A stretch of 64,000 nt of DNA, taken from Azolla caroliniana. Its lineage: Eukaryota > Plantae > Polypodiophyta. The notes under the pieces were generated by a model. That model had not been told where the DNA came from. It searched no databases and worked only from the letters and a program-made list of their open reading frames with translations. The stretch lies in the NCBI GenBank assembly GCA_043228905.1, contig JBHGNT010000020.1, forward strand, positions 3,844,001-3,908,000, in the 5' to 3' direction. This document shows positions 14,626-26,200 of this stretch, one piece after another. The first letter of the stretch is position 1. Each line of letters begins with the position of its first letter. A program made the translations under genes and the position numbers.

Positions 14626-16568
14626 AGGGTTTAAAGACTTGATGTAGGCGATCCACCTTAGCATAGCAAGATCTGGGGTCGCACATCCCGAGACCATTCC
14701 GAGAATTGGGAGACAATCTGTCTCTATTATCACTTCTGACCCGATCAGGTAATCTTTGTCCGTCTTCACTGCCGACACAATACCCCAAAGTTCCCGCTTG
14801 ACTTGGGCATATCTTTGTTGCCGTTCGCTGAGAACCTTTGCTCCGAACCGGACGGCATATCGCGCATTATCTTCACCTTCTTGATTGATGACCCACCCGA
14901 TTCCGATTGGGCTCGTATCTACGGTCACGTAAATTGGTTTCCCTTCGGCATAGTCGGCCTTCCTTAGTGCCGGAGCTTCAAGAAGCAGTTTCTTTAATCT
15001 TCGCATCGCCTTTGTGTGCTCGTCTCGCCATTCGAACTTTATTCTTTTTTTTAGTAGTCCATATAACGGTTCGGCGACATGAGCGTAGTGAGGAATCCAT
15101 ATATGATAAAACGCGCACGCTCCAAGGAACCTTCGAACCTCCGTTTGGTTTTCGCATTCTTCTTTCATGTCTTGGATTGCGTTCACTTTGGATGGCGAGG
15201 GCTTCCGGCCGTATGCTCCACACAAGTGACCTACCACCAAGATCTCCGGTTGCCCGAAAATGTCAAATTCGCATCTTCGAGCCTTTGAAGCACCTTCTCG
15301 CAATCTTTCATATGATCCACAACGAACTTTCTACAACCTTCCTTATCTTTCAATTCATCTGTCTCCTCATCCGAACATCCTTTTATCGGAATATCATCCA
15401 AGAATGGCATCGTGATGTCCGAAATGCAATCCTTCAAGACTTTATTCATGGCATTCACCATATGAGCCACCGAGTTCGTTGCGCCTTGGGGTAAGGTACA
15501 CATCCGCACAAGCCCGATCGGAGTCCTCATGGTTGTAATGTCCCGACTGTCGATCGCCAATTGGAATTGGTCATATCCGGAGTAGAGATCGCCAATGGAG
15601 TAGATGGACCGGCCCGCAAACGCTTCGGCAAATTCGTCCACGCTCGGACCGATTCCGGCATTTCGAATTGTCACCTTGTTGACGGGTTGAAGATCTTGGA
15701 TGAATCGCAATAATCCATTCTTCTTCGGCACCGTGAACCACCTATTGGAATAAGGAGCATTCGACGGTTCTAGAATTCCCATACTCACCTTCTCCTTTAA
15801 GAGCTCGATCAGCTTCGGAAGGTGTGCTCTCGGAACCGGTTTCGGTTTCAAATTCCAAGGCACATGAGGCACTGTGAAGATCACCATTGGCTCTATAACC
15901 TTTGGGTCGGCGCATCCGATTTCTCATGGGAAGAATGCGAAAGCCTTCCCATGTCTCTCAAGCATATCGCGAAACATTCGCTCCTCTTCAGGGAGAAGGA
16001 AATCCTCCTTTCCAACTCGTAGCTTCCCCTTCGTCTCTTTGGTGAAGACATGACCTATCTTCTTTAGATCTCTTAAGTTTGGATCGTTAGCGACTTCCTT
16101 CATCTTTTGCCAGCTATCTTCCAGTAGCGGAACCGCAACTGGCTTGATCTTCTTATCCACCGTTTTATATTTTGTGTTGATGTCAGCTTCCTTCATCGAG
16201 ATGCCACGACGGTATTCATCGATGATAGCGTACATGTTGATGGAGTTAACCGAAATGACGCGTTGGTTGTGAAGATAGCTCAAGTCCACAACGTCCTCGA
16301 TTTCGCCGATGGTGTCGTTAAATGAGGCTTCTTCCATAATATGAGTCACGAACTCTCCTTCTTCTATTATGTTCTCTTCTTTCAGCATCTTCTCGAATTC
16401 TTGTATCCGGCGCTTGTGCTTCTTGTCGGGTAGTACTAGTTTACATGCGCCACTAGGTGGGACACATGTTGCTTCTCCTTGCAATCCACGCACTCTTCTT
16501 TCTTGTGGGGTCTTGTGATTGCTCGGACTATTTGTGCCCCATGCTTCAATAGTCCGCTCTAAAAATCC
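14626..16568 (-). pseudogene. Pol (RT-RNaseH) beginning in the -1 frame to gag, broken by two further frameshifts
   Basis: ORFs 15924-16493, 15231-15887 and 14530-15303 are consecutive pieces of one RT/RH. Confidence 0.88.
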
Positions 16569-18757
16569 GAGGATTCGCCTCCGAGACTATCTCGATTCCT
16601 TTCATGATTGGCTCGCACTGTTAGGAATTGGACTGATCTTTGGTTGTCAAGACTCTTTATTCGTGCGAAGGCTGCTCCATTATCGAACACTTTGGTCTCC
16701 ATCCGAGATGATGTGATATAAGGTTGCCCTAGGATGACAGGATGCGACGCCGATTCTTGTACGAAGAAGTGTTGATCCATCTCCACATCCCCGATCGTGA
16801 CTTTGACATTGGGACAAGCTCCGTACAAATCCTCCGTAGACTTTGTTGCCGCGCGAATCTTCCATCCATGGTTTGTATTGATTGGCCATCTTCCTTTTTT
16901 GTAGAAGTCGGTTGACATGAGGTTAATCTCCGAGCCGTGGTCGATCAAGGCTACCACGGTCTCTTTCTTCTCCCCGATCTTCACCGGCGTCTCCGTTGTC
17001 GCTCGTGCCCAGTGAGGTCGAGTGTAGTGGCTGTCCACCATATCTTCATCGATTTCGTCTCTTGCCATCGTTATGGCATTCGTTTTTGCTTTTTGCGGCT
17101 TCTCTTCTTCCTTGTCCGATTGTTGTCTCTTTCTCTTTACAAGGTCCACGATCGTGTCATGGAACTCCTTCTTCGTAATGCCAAGCAATTCCCTCAAGGA
17201 CAAAGTTACGTGGCTATCAAGAACTCGTTCTTCGAGAATCTTCTTTAGGTCCGTCGTCTGCTCTATATCCGACCTTAGCTTATAGGTAGGTATAGTCCTT
17301 GTCCTCCGAGCGGGGTCTTCGACACCAACCTTCACGGGCCAAACCGTTTCTTCAACTCGTATGCCCGGCTCCCCTTTTCGGCTTGATTCTCGTTCCTCCG
17401 TTTGTAAAGGTCGACTCGTCTCCGCATCGTCCTTCTTTTTCACGTTCCTTGTTTCATGTCTTTTCGATGGGCCTTGATCTTCTATTCTCTTTCTCTTTTC
17501 TTCGACGAACACCTCGTGGTTGTCGCACATCACCTCTGCGAGTATGGTGTTGTCGTCCACCGGATCCGACCACCCGGTTATACTTTGCACGCTTCGGTCC
17601 GCAAGCTCTACCTCGTTCGATGTGACTTTTCCCTTCTTCTCATATTCGAGAACGGAAGTCCAAAACTTTGCTCCCACTCTAGCAGCTTCAGTCTTGTCTT
17701 TCCCGACTCTTATTCCGGCCGACGCAGCATAGTGCATCGCATCCACATGAGTCGCATCGGCATCCTCCATAGATTTCTTCATTCCTCCTCTTCCGAAATT
17801 CACCCGTAGGGGTCTTCTAGTCTCGCTTGAGCAGATCATGTTGTCCTCTATGTATACGATATTTTGTCGAATCGCCTCTCGAAGGCTCGCACAATCCCTT
17901 CTCATGTGGTCCATGCTATCACACCACACGCATCTAAAGGGTTCTTTTCCTTTAGGGCCCCGACAATTCATGTTGGCTAGCGTGACCTTCTCTAACTTCT
18001 TTGCTAGCTCTTCAATGATGTCGTCATCAATCTTCTTTTCTTCCACGTTACTTTGTTTTGGCGGCTTAGCTACTTTCGGCGGTCTTGCTTTCTCCGTAGT
18101 AGTCGGTCCCGTCAAGTCGGTGTCATCAACCCATTGGCGACACTTGTCGAGCCTATTGCATGCCCGCTTCACCGCGATCCAGTCCGCTACGAGCCCATTT
18201 GCTTGGGTATCATCCTCGAGAAGAGTCCCCAACTCCCGTCTATCCTTTATGTCCACGGCCTTCAAAAAGTACAAAGTCTTGTCTTCTTCAAGCAACACTT
18301 GGTCCGTATTGGGGAGACGACTAAACATCTGGTCGAATTCGTCGTACACCCTCGAGACGCTGATCTTCTTATTCTTCTTCTCTATCCACTTCATCAGGGC
18401 ATGTCGAGTCATCCTCGTTGAGTCTTCAGTCACGAACTCCGCTAGTATCATTTTCTCGAACTCGGACCATGTTGTCTTACCTTCTTGAAGCTCGATGACG
18501 CGTCTTTGGATGTTGTTGGCGACAACTCTCTTGAAGCTTGCGATTTGACGTGTCTCGGACACATCCCTCTGATTCATCTCCCTTCTATATGCATCAAGGA
18601 ACTTCGTAACGTTCTTTCCATCGAATTGGCCCTCGAGCTCTACGACACGATCGACAGCCTTCTCCACGCTCGCATCGTTGTCCCGAGATCTCATCATTTG
18701 CTCGACGATTAGCATTATCCTTTCGAGCTCTCCTGCTTGGTTGCTTGAGGATGCCAT
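16559..18757 (-). CDS. Gag-protease polyprotein (open ORF, ~732 aa)
   Basis: Zinc knuckle CVWCDSMDHMRRDC, a YKLRSDIE..VTLSLRELLGI block recalling DUF4100, aspartic protease ALIDHGSEINLM and ILGQPY. Confidence 0.9.
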   Translation of the reverse strand: MASSSNQAGELERIMLIVEQMMRSRDNDASVEKAVDRVVELEGQFDGKNVTKFLDAYRREMNQRDVSETRQIASFKRVVANNIQRRVIELQEGKTTWSEFEKMILAEFVTEDSTRMTRHALMKWIEKKNKKISVSRVYDEFDQMFSRLPNTDQVLLEEDKTLYFLKAVDIKDRRELGTLLEDDTQANGLVADWIAVKRACNRLDKCRQWVDDTDLTGPTTTEKARPPKVAKPPKQSNVEEKKIDDDIIEELAKKLEKVTLANMNCRGPKGKEPFRCVWCDSMDHMRRDCASLREAIRQNIVYIEDNMICSSETRRPLRVNFGRGGMKKSMEDADATHVDAMHYAASAGIRVGKDKTEAARVGAKFWTSVLEYEKKGKVTSNEVELADRSVQSITGWSDPVDDNTILAEVMCDNHEVFVEEKRKRIEDQGPSKRHETRNVKKKDDAETSRPLQTEERESSRKGEPGIRVEETVWPVKVGVEDPARRTRTIPTYKLRSDIEQTTDLKKILEERVLDSHVTLSLRELLGITKKEFHDTIVDLVKRKRQQSDKEEEKPQKAKTNAITMARDEIDEDMVDSHYTRPHWARATTETPVKIGEKKETVVALIDHGSEINLMSTDFYKKGRWPINTNHGWKIRAATKSTEDLYGACPNVKVTIGDVEMDQHFFVQESASHPVILGQPYITSSRMETKVFDNGAAFARIKSLDNQRSVQFLTVRANHERNRDSLGGESSDF

Positions 18758-18798
18758 CTCCAAGTATTAATCTTGACTTGATCCTTCCTACCGCCTCT

Positions 18799-18816
18799 TT
18801 CACGTCGGGTTCACCA
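18799..18816 (-). promoter_or_regulatory. Primer-binding site complementary to the tRNA-Trp 3' end
   Basis: Plus strand TTCACGTCGGGTTCACCA matches the 3' end of plant cytosolic tRNA-Trp as recalled; same site at 5948-5965 and 40857-40874. Confidence 0.85.
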
Positions 18817-19284
18817 CTTAATTATGTCGTGAAGATCCGTCACTACGCGCGGATCGTGAGGCGGAACCACCGGGGTTCTGGACCGGAAGGATTCAAAGTC
18901 GGTACAAGCTTTGGCGCAAGCTTTAGCGAGAAAGTACTTAAGATAGATGGGGAAAGAGAGAAGTTGAGATTACACGATTGAGAGAGATTGATTGAACTTT
19001 TAACTTTAGATTTAAGAAATAAGTTACACGATCAATTTGATAACGAATTTCTTCCTCTTAATTTTCATAAAAAAAACTATGTTTTTTCTCCTCCCCCTTC
19101 CTTCTTTTATAGATGCTCTCATGCATATGATGCATGTGAGGGTACAAGACATGCATAAATTGCATGTTTGCCATTTGGCGCTTACGTATTACATGTGGTG
19201 CATGATAACCATGTCACTCATTTTAGCTCTCATGTATGAGAATTTACATGTAAAAGTACAATGATAGAAATATAATTTTAACTA

Positions 19285-19355
19285 AATAGCATGGCTTAAT
19301 GGTAAGCCAATTGATTCTTAACTTGGAGGTGCAAGGTTCGAATCCTTCCTTGCCC
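19285..19355 (+). promoter_or_regulatory. tRNA-like Pol III internal promoter (A and B boxes) inside an LTR, antisense to the element
   Basis: A box TGGCTTAATGG 19292-19302 and B box GGTTCGAATCC 19335-19345 at tRNA-like spacing; cloverleaf stems poor. Confidence 0.7.
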
Positions 19356-19934
19356 TCCTTGTATATGTATATATGTATATATATTTATATATTTATTTAT
19401 GTAGTCGTCGGACGCCGGTTCGTCGGATGTCGTCGGTTACCGGTGCCTCGCCGGATGTTGGTGCCGTCACTCGATGCCGTCGCCTGTCCGGTTTTGGTTG
19501 CCCAAAACCCTTTATGAGTAGCTAGCCCACCTCCACTCTTAGTTCAAGTTACCTTGAACTCTCTATGCTCCACACATAGACACAAAGATAATATCTTTTG
19601 CTCCACCTTATATATGATGAGAGCCGTATTTGTCGTGCCTATGTGGGATATCTCACAATTTTCTCTTTTCCTTTCACAGACTTTATATCCTCATATCTTG
19701 ATATTTAGTTGTCCGTTTCTCGTGTAATAAAGTGCATTTGAAACCTCCATCATTTTGTACTTAGATATTAAATTTATTTAAAATGTTATCTTCACAATTA
19801 TTGTACTATGTGATTCATACTCGATTTCGTACGTTTTATGGGATTTTCACACTATTGCCGAAAACCTTCACGACAGCGCCTTTTACCGAGATGGATGAGC
19901 GATAATAAATGATCATGCCGCCAATTGACGGCAT

Positions 19935-22900
19935 GTGGCCCATGTGACAGACAATAAGATTAGGATGACTTTATGGAATTGTAATGGTGCACTTTGGACA
20001 CACCCTAACCATCTAGAGGAGATTTTGAAGGTATCTGATATACTTTTCTTAGTAGAAACACATCAAAGTCCAAATAGAGGACTTCCACGAGTTGGCGGTT
20101 TCCGTTGGGAATCTATCTATAGACAAACCTCACATCAACACACTACTAGAGGGTCTGGTGGGGTTGCAATACTATTTCGGAGAGAGATACATAATAGGAT
20201 AGAAATACTAAAGACATACCTCGAAGCCCATTTTAGGTGGGTGAAAGTCCTCACATGCAAAGGTCAAGCAATATTTATCGCCATTTGTTACTTTCTCCCA
20301 AAAGGATCCTGGTATAATATGGTTGGAGAGGCGAGTATAGTTGATGAGGGAGTGCCACATGGGCATTCTCCTTACGAAACTTTATCGAATGACATAATCC
20401 AATATTCCTCTCAAGAGGAAGTCTTCCTCGTAGGAGACTTCAATGCAAGAACCCAATCCTGACAATGCACACTATTTCAGATGGATAAAAACCTAGAAAT
20501 GGTGAATGTCGACCCTTTAGCCATAAGCATCACACGTAGGTCAAAAGATCAAGGTGCAAACACCACAAGCTTTGGCCATCATTTGCTTGAATTTGGAAGT
20601 CAACACCAGATGATAATATATAATGATTTAGCCAAGTGGCTGGGCTCGGAAGAGCTCACATGTTTCCCACATGGAGGAGGGGAAAGTGCAATTGATTACC
20701 TCATAGGACGCCCTGAACCTACCCACATTATTAACTCCTTCTGGGTGGCCCCATGCCCTATTGGTGTAGACCATAGCTTCCTATACTTTTAGCTAAAGTG
20801 TGATACCTCCAATGCCACCAACTCTAGTCAACCAAACCATCACACCACCATACATTTCACACATGAGTTCTCTGACATCTACTCCCTACATGTTCAAGCC
20901 TAGCTCTCCTCTATTGATTCTTCCCTGCATTTAGAGAACCTAACTACAGAACTCACGCACATCCTTCACTCAATAGTGATTAGTAGCTTCCCATACATGA
21001 AACACTCCAATCAAAATAGAATAGGGTCTATGCCACATAATAGGTGATATGATGAAGATGTAGAGCTTTGTATAGACAACTTAAAGTTCGCGATTAGAGG
21101 TACTATCTCCCTAGTACAGGCTCGCAAAGAGATGCGCAAGATAGTACATGCTCATGAGTAGGGACTGTGCCCTTGCATGGAAGAGACTACGAGAACTGAG
21201 GCCTCAAACACCCATCGAGGATCCCCACACTTGGCACACATATCCAAAGAGACTCTACCACGTCCCAAACCAACCACCCATTCCAATGCCTTCCACTCCT
21301 CGACCTACCATGGGGACACTTTTCACGACCTCTACAACATAAAAAAATTACAACATAGGAAGTCCATGGACCACATAGGATTGCAAGCCGAGCACATCAT
21401 ATATGCTCGAAAGTGCCTAGCTCCTTTTCTCACTCTAATATTCAACCGCGCCCTTGCCGAGTGTTTTCCACCACAATGGACCATGAACACAGTGGCCCCT
21501 ATACATAAAGGAGGGAACCCAATGGACCCAAATACACATAGGACCATGTTGAGAATCCAGCTCAACCTAATGGAACGTGTGAACACACCCTTTGAGAATC
21601 TATGAACTCAAAGGTCAAGAGTCACACTACTACTCTCTACACATTAACTATGTGTCATAGAATCATATTCTATGACACATAATTAATGAGTTCCATATTC
21701 CCCATGACTATGAATCTTCACATTACCCAAGAGAGAGTGGTTGTTGTAGTGAGTTAATGAAGAGAGATGGTGACCTTATATAAAGCACCCTTCTCCTAGT
21801 TCATACTAAGTCGGTTGTGACTCCTTGTAATGCTACATTTTGTATCTCATATTCTCCTTGTGAATATACACTTTCTTCTTGAGTATTCTATTTTACATTC
21901 TATCTATCTATCTTGTGTTTTCTCTTCTCTCATTTCTTTCCTCTCACACATACACATAACACACATCTCTTCAGCTGCATAAGAATCATACCCGATTCTT
22001 TACAGACCATTATGATAGGTCATACGCTCGCTAAACTATATGGTGCAGTAATGGAAGCAAAGCTCATCAATTATATGGAGACCTTAAGCCTTCGAGCACT
22101 TGAGCAAGCTGGCTTTAGACGAGCCTTCTCCACTATCGACCATATCTTCACACTTAGATGCTTAATTGACCGAACAAAGGCTCGCAAGAAGACACTATAT
22201 TGTTGCTTTGTGGACTTCCGCAAAGCCTTTGACACAGTTCCTAGCGAGCGGTTGTTTGATAGGCTTGGAAGCTTGGAGATACCAAATGACATGATTTGGG
22301 CCATCTATGCTCTATATGAGCAAGTCTCTAGGTGCGTCAGATGCCCAGGTGGCCTCTCTGATTGCTTCATTTGCACCATTGGCGTAAAATAGGTTTGCCC
22401 CCTATCACCAACTCTTTTTGGGATCTACATTGATGAGATCATTGATTTTATTGCTCATAAGGTAGGCAACAGAGTAGCCATTGGGGGCACACAAGTTAGT
22501 CTCTTACTCTATGTTGACGACATAGTTTTGCTCTCGTAGTCTGAACATGACCTACAAAAGCACCTTAATTCCCTAGATGACTTTTGCACACAACGAGGAT
22601 TGGTAGTGAATCTAACAAAAACTAAAGCCCTTATCTTTCACACATTGTCTCGAGTTAGGAGTAAATGTCACCTACTCCTCTCTCATAAACCAGTTGAGGT
22701 AGTTGGATCATATGTATATCTGGGAGTCACTTTTAGTGCTCGTTAGGTAAATTCTGGATGACCCAGGCAACCAAAGATAGGCTAACAAGAGGGTATGCAT
22801 CCCACTCACTCTTAGAGAGACAATGCCACTAGGCATAGTTTCAAGGGCCACAAACAAAGGGATGGCTCTTCGACTCATTAGTGACCCCTTCACTCATGTA

Positions 22901-23222
22901 TGCATCAGTAGTATGGGCTCGAGGTCTACCGTCCTTCATGTGGACGCAAGTAGAGAGACCTTCGGTGATGATGTTATCACGTCAACTCCGAAGCAAATTG
23001 ACAGTACCACATGACATTATTAGAGCAGAGTTCAGTCTGCCCCCAATGTTAGTAGAAGCACTCTTTCAATTGGTGGTTTTTATCCGTAGGATACATAGCC
23101 AAGCACAAGATAGGATATCCCATCAAGCTTTAGAGGCATCATGATCCCTATATGAGTCTGGAGATAGTAACTCTTGGTATAACATTGTAGTGCGTTGGTT
23201 ACTTGCAAATGGCATAGACATT
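19935..23222 (+). mobile_element. Decayed LINE ORF2 (APE endonuclease + RT; RTE-like)
   Basis: TLWNCNG, LVETH, GGVAIL, GDFNAR, IDY, DH (APE); QAGFRR, FVDFRKAFDTV, CPLSPTLF, LLYVDD, YLGV (RT); many stops; interrupted by a solo LTR and a Copia. Confidence 0.9.
21547..22004. mobile_element. Solo LTR with 5-bp TSD GACCA
   Basis: gacca|TGTTGAG...CTTTACA|gacca; LINE frame RT|IMIG rejoins on removal. Confidence 0.9.
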
Positions 23223-26200
23223 TGTAGAAAGTAGCATGCGGAAGCAGGTATGAAGACTGAACAGAAGGGAGGAAACTCAGGTTCAATGGAGGGCTTGAGC
23301 TTACACGGTATACGCAGGAGAGACAGAGAGAGTGAGAGAAGACACAAAAAATATATTCAATAATAATACTCAGTCTGTACATAAGACATGCTCAGTGAAC
23401 ACTTTTATACAAGTCCTAGAAGGACTGACCGAAGTACTGACAATACTTCAATCCTCATCAAGAGCTCCTACACTAACTCCCAAATATATTCCTCACGGAA
23501 TATCTTTCCTAACGACCTCCCGGTTTACGCACTCGGCCTAACCGATCGGTCCCAACCGATCCGGTCCTCGGCTTTTTCAGCCGATCCGGCCGATGTTGAG
23601 CTTGTCTCTCAACACTCCCCCTCAGGCTCAACTCGAGGCTCTTCGGGATCCTCGGGCTCACAGCTACGGTTCCTCCTGGCTTCACGCCTTGCTCGCGCTC
23701 CTCGACCTGTTCGACTCTGCGCACCTCGACCCTTACGGTCGGCTTGTCTGCTCATGTGACCCTTATCAGCTCTTCTGCTAATGCGGTGTCGACACTTCTT
23801 CTGCTGCCTTTTCTTCCACTTGGGCCTCGGTTGATTCAACGTGTCTGAATCAAACATCCAAACCGACTCGGCTACTTCCGATCGGTTTTCGCTCTCGTCC
23901 GAGTTGGCTGTCTCCAACTTGTCTTCGGTCTTCTCGTCCTTGATTGCGTCATCTCCCCCATGCGTGGTTGGCATCGGCTCTCTCCTTCGGCTGCTCCCCT
24001 TCTGTTCGCTTTCGGACTTTTCCGTGGGTCCGCCCTCGGCTTCTTCAGCCGATCCGAACTTGAACTCGACAACCGAGTCAACCGACTCAGACTCGGTGTC
24101 GCGGTCTCCGCTCCTTTCCTGCTGCCTTGCTTGGTCGTTCGGGACTGTTCTCCCCCTCAAGTTTGGCACGTCGAGGTGACGCAATCCGAGCGCACCGGAG
24201 AATTGCCGCAACTTGTCCAGACCAAGAGGCTTGGTGAAGATGTTGGCAATCTGCTGATCTGTCGGCACGTACTGAAGTTCGACTTCACCGGAAAGGACAC
24301 ACTCACGGACGAAATGGTAGTGCACCTCAATGTGCTTGGTCCGTGCGTGGAAAACGGGGTTCTTCGCGAGCTGGATGCTGCTGAGGTTGTCGCAGTAGAT
24401 CGTCGTCGGATCTGACACCTCCACGTGCAGGTCCTTAAGTAGTCGCTTCAACCATATGGCTTCGCATGTCGCGACAGCCGCTCCTCGGTACTCAACTTCG
24501 GTGCTCGACAGTGCAATTGTCGGCTGCTTCTTACTGCTCCACGTGATCGCGGCACTCCCAAGGGAGAATGCGTATCCAGACGTGGATCGGCGATCGGCGG
24601 CGTTGCCAGCCCAATCAGCATCGGTGTAGCCAACTAACTGCGCGGCTGCACCGGTCCGATATAGCAGTCCTCGGTCCTTAGTGCCACTTACGTATCGCAG
24701 TACGCGTTGCGCACACTGGAGGTGCTCCTCAGTATGTCGCGCCATGAATTGACTGATCACCCCGACCGGATAACTGAGGTCGGGTCGGGTGATGGTCAAG
24801 TATATGAGGCTTCCGACAATTTTCCGGAACCTCGTTGGGTCGCATACCTTTCCCGTGTCGAGACGAAGCTTGATGGTTCTGTCCAGAGGAGTGAAGACGG
24901 ACTTATAGTCGGCCATCCCGAGTTTGAAGAGCATACCCAGCACGTAATGACGTTGGCTGATCAATATGCCTTCGAGGGTACGGATCACTTCGATCTCGAG
25001 GAAGTAATGAAGGTCCCCAGATCCTTCATGTCAAACGATGCCGCAAGCTGGAGGTTCACGCGGTTGATTTCACCTAGGTCGGCGCCGGTGATGACCAAGT
25101 CATCAACATATAGTAAAATACTAACTGGTCCAAGTCGACCTTTCCGGATGAACAGAGAAGAGTCCGATTTTCGTGACGAACAGGGAAGAGTCTGATCTTT
25201 GCGTTCCAGGCACGCGGGGCTTGCTTTAGTTCGTAAAGGGACTTCTTCAGTCGGCATACTGCCGAGTTCGTTCCGGAGTGAAATCCGGGGGACTGTACCA
25301 TGTACACCTATTCCTCAAGGTCACCTCGCAGGAACGCATTCTTTACATCCATCTGATGTAAGTGCCACCCCTTCGCCGCAGCTACTGCGAGCAAAACACG
25401 GACGGTCGTCATTTTCGCGACCGGCGCAAACATCTCATCGTAGTCGATGCCATGTTTCTGCACGTAGCCCTTTGCCACTAGCCGAGCCTTGTACCGGTTG
25501 ACCGAGCCATCGGTGTTGTACTTGACCTTGTACACCCACCTACACCCGATCGGTTTTACCCCTATTGGTGCGTCAACTAGGTCCCAAATCTTGTTCTCCG
25601 CCAATGCGTGCATCTCTTCCTCCATCGCGGCACATAATTCACGTCTTTAACCGCTTCTGCGTAGCTCTCCGGCTCACGCACTTCCGCTACACGGGTCATG
25701 TACGCATAATGATGCGCCATGTACTCATTGTATCCGAACCGCAAAACAGGATTCTTCTGGCGGGTAGATCGGTGTAATCTCTCATTAGCCGATGTCGAGG
25801 CCTTCTCGGTCGACGCGGTCTTCACCTTTAAAGACCCGTCACCAGTTTCCTCGGAGTCGGACTCGCGTCGGTCTGACTTGTTCTTATCCGTGCCGGAATC
25901 CGACACCTTCTTCTTCCCTTTCTCTTTGCGCGTAAGCCGTCTCCTCGGCTTCCTACACGGGGAATGCACGGTCGAGTCTCCACTACTCGCCGGCTCTTCA
26001 TCGGACTGATCGTACCGACTCAGTTGTCCAATCGGTCCACTTAAGCAGAGTGAAATCGGACTCTCTTCGCGGGTCTCGATTTAGGGCTCATCCAGAGGCA
26101 TATCGGCCTCGCTGACCTCATCGTCAGAACACGGATTGGACTCGGGGCTCGGAGTCGGGGGCTGGTACCAGGACGCGGACTCGTCAAACACAACGTCACG

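Larger units (their letters stand above)
14626..19875 (-). mobile_element. tRNA-Trp-primed Gypsy: 5' LTR 18825-19875, PBS, gag-protease, RT-RNaseH; 3' part (integrase, 3' LTR) missing
   Basis: LTR TGTCGTGAAGA...CCTTCACGACA; PBS 18799-18816; RT DLYSGYDQ, LPQGATNS, FLDDIPIKG; RNase H VDTSPIG..ETDC; abrupt junction to the other Gypsy near 14625. Confidence 0.92.

Noticed and set aside
14530-14640. Continuous pol joining ORF 14530-15303 to ORF 13556-14575
   Set aside because: It would give RT-RH-RT; these are two different Gypsy families joined at a deletion junction.
19285-19355. Functional tRNA gene
   Set aside because: Acceptor and anticodon stems do not pair properly and the anticodon region differs among the three copies; only the promoter boxes are kept.
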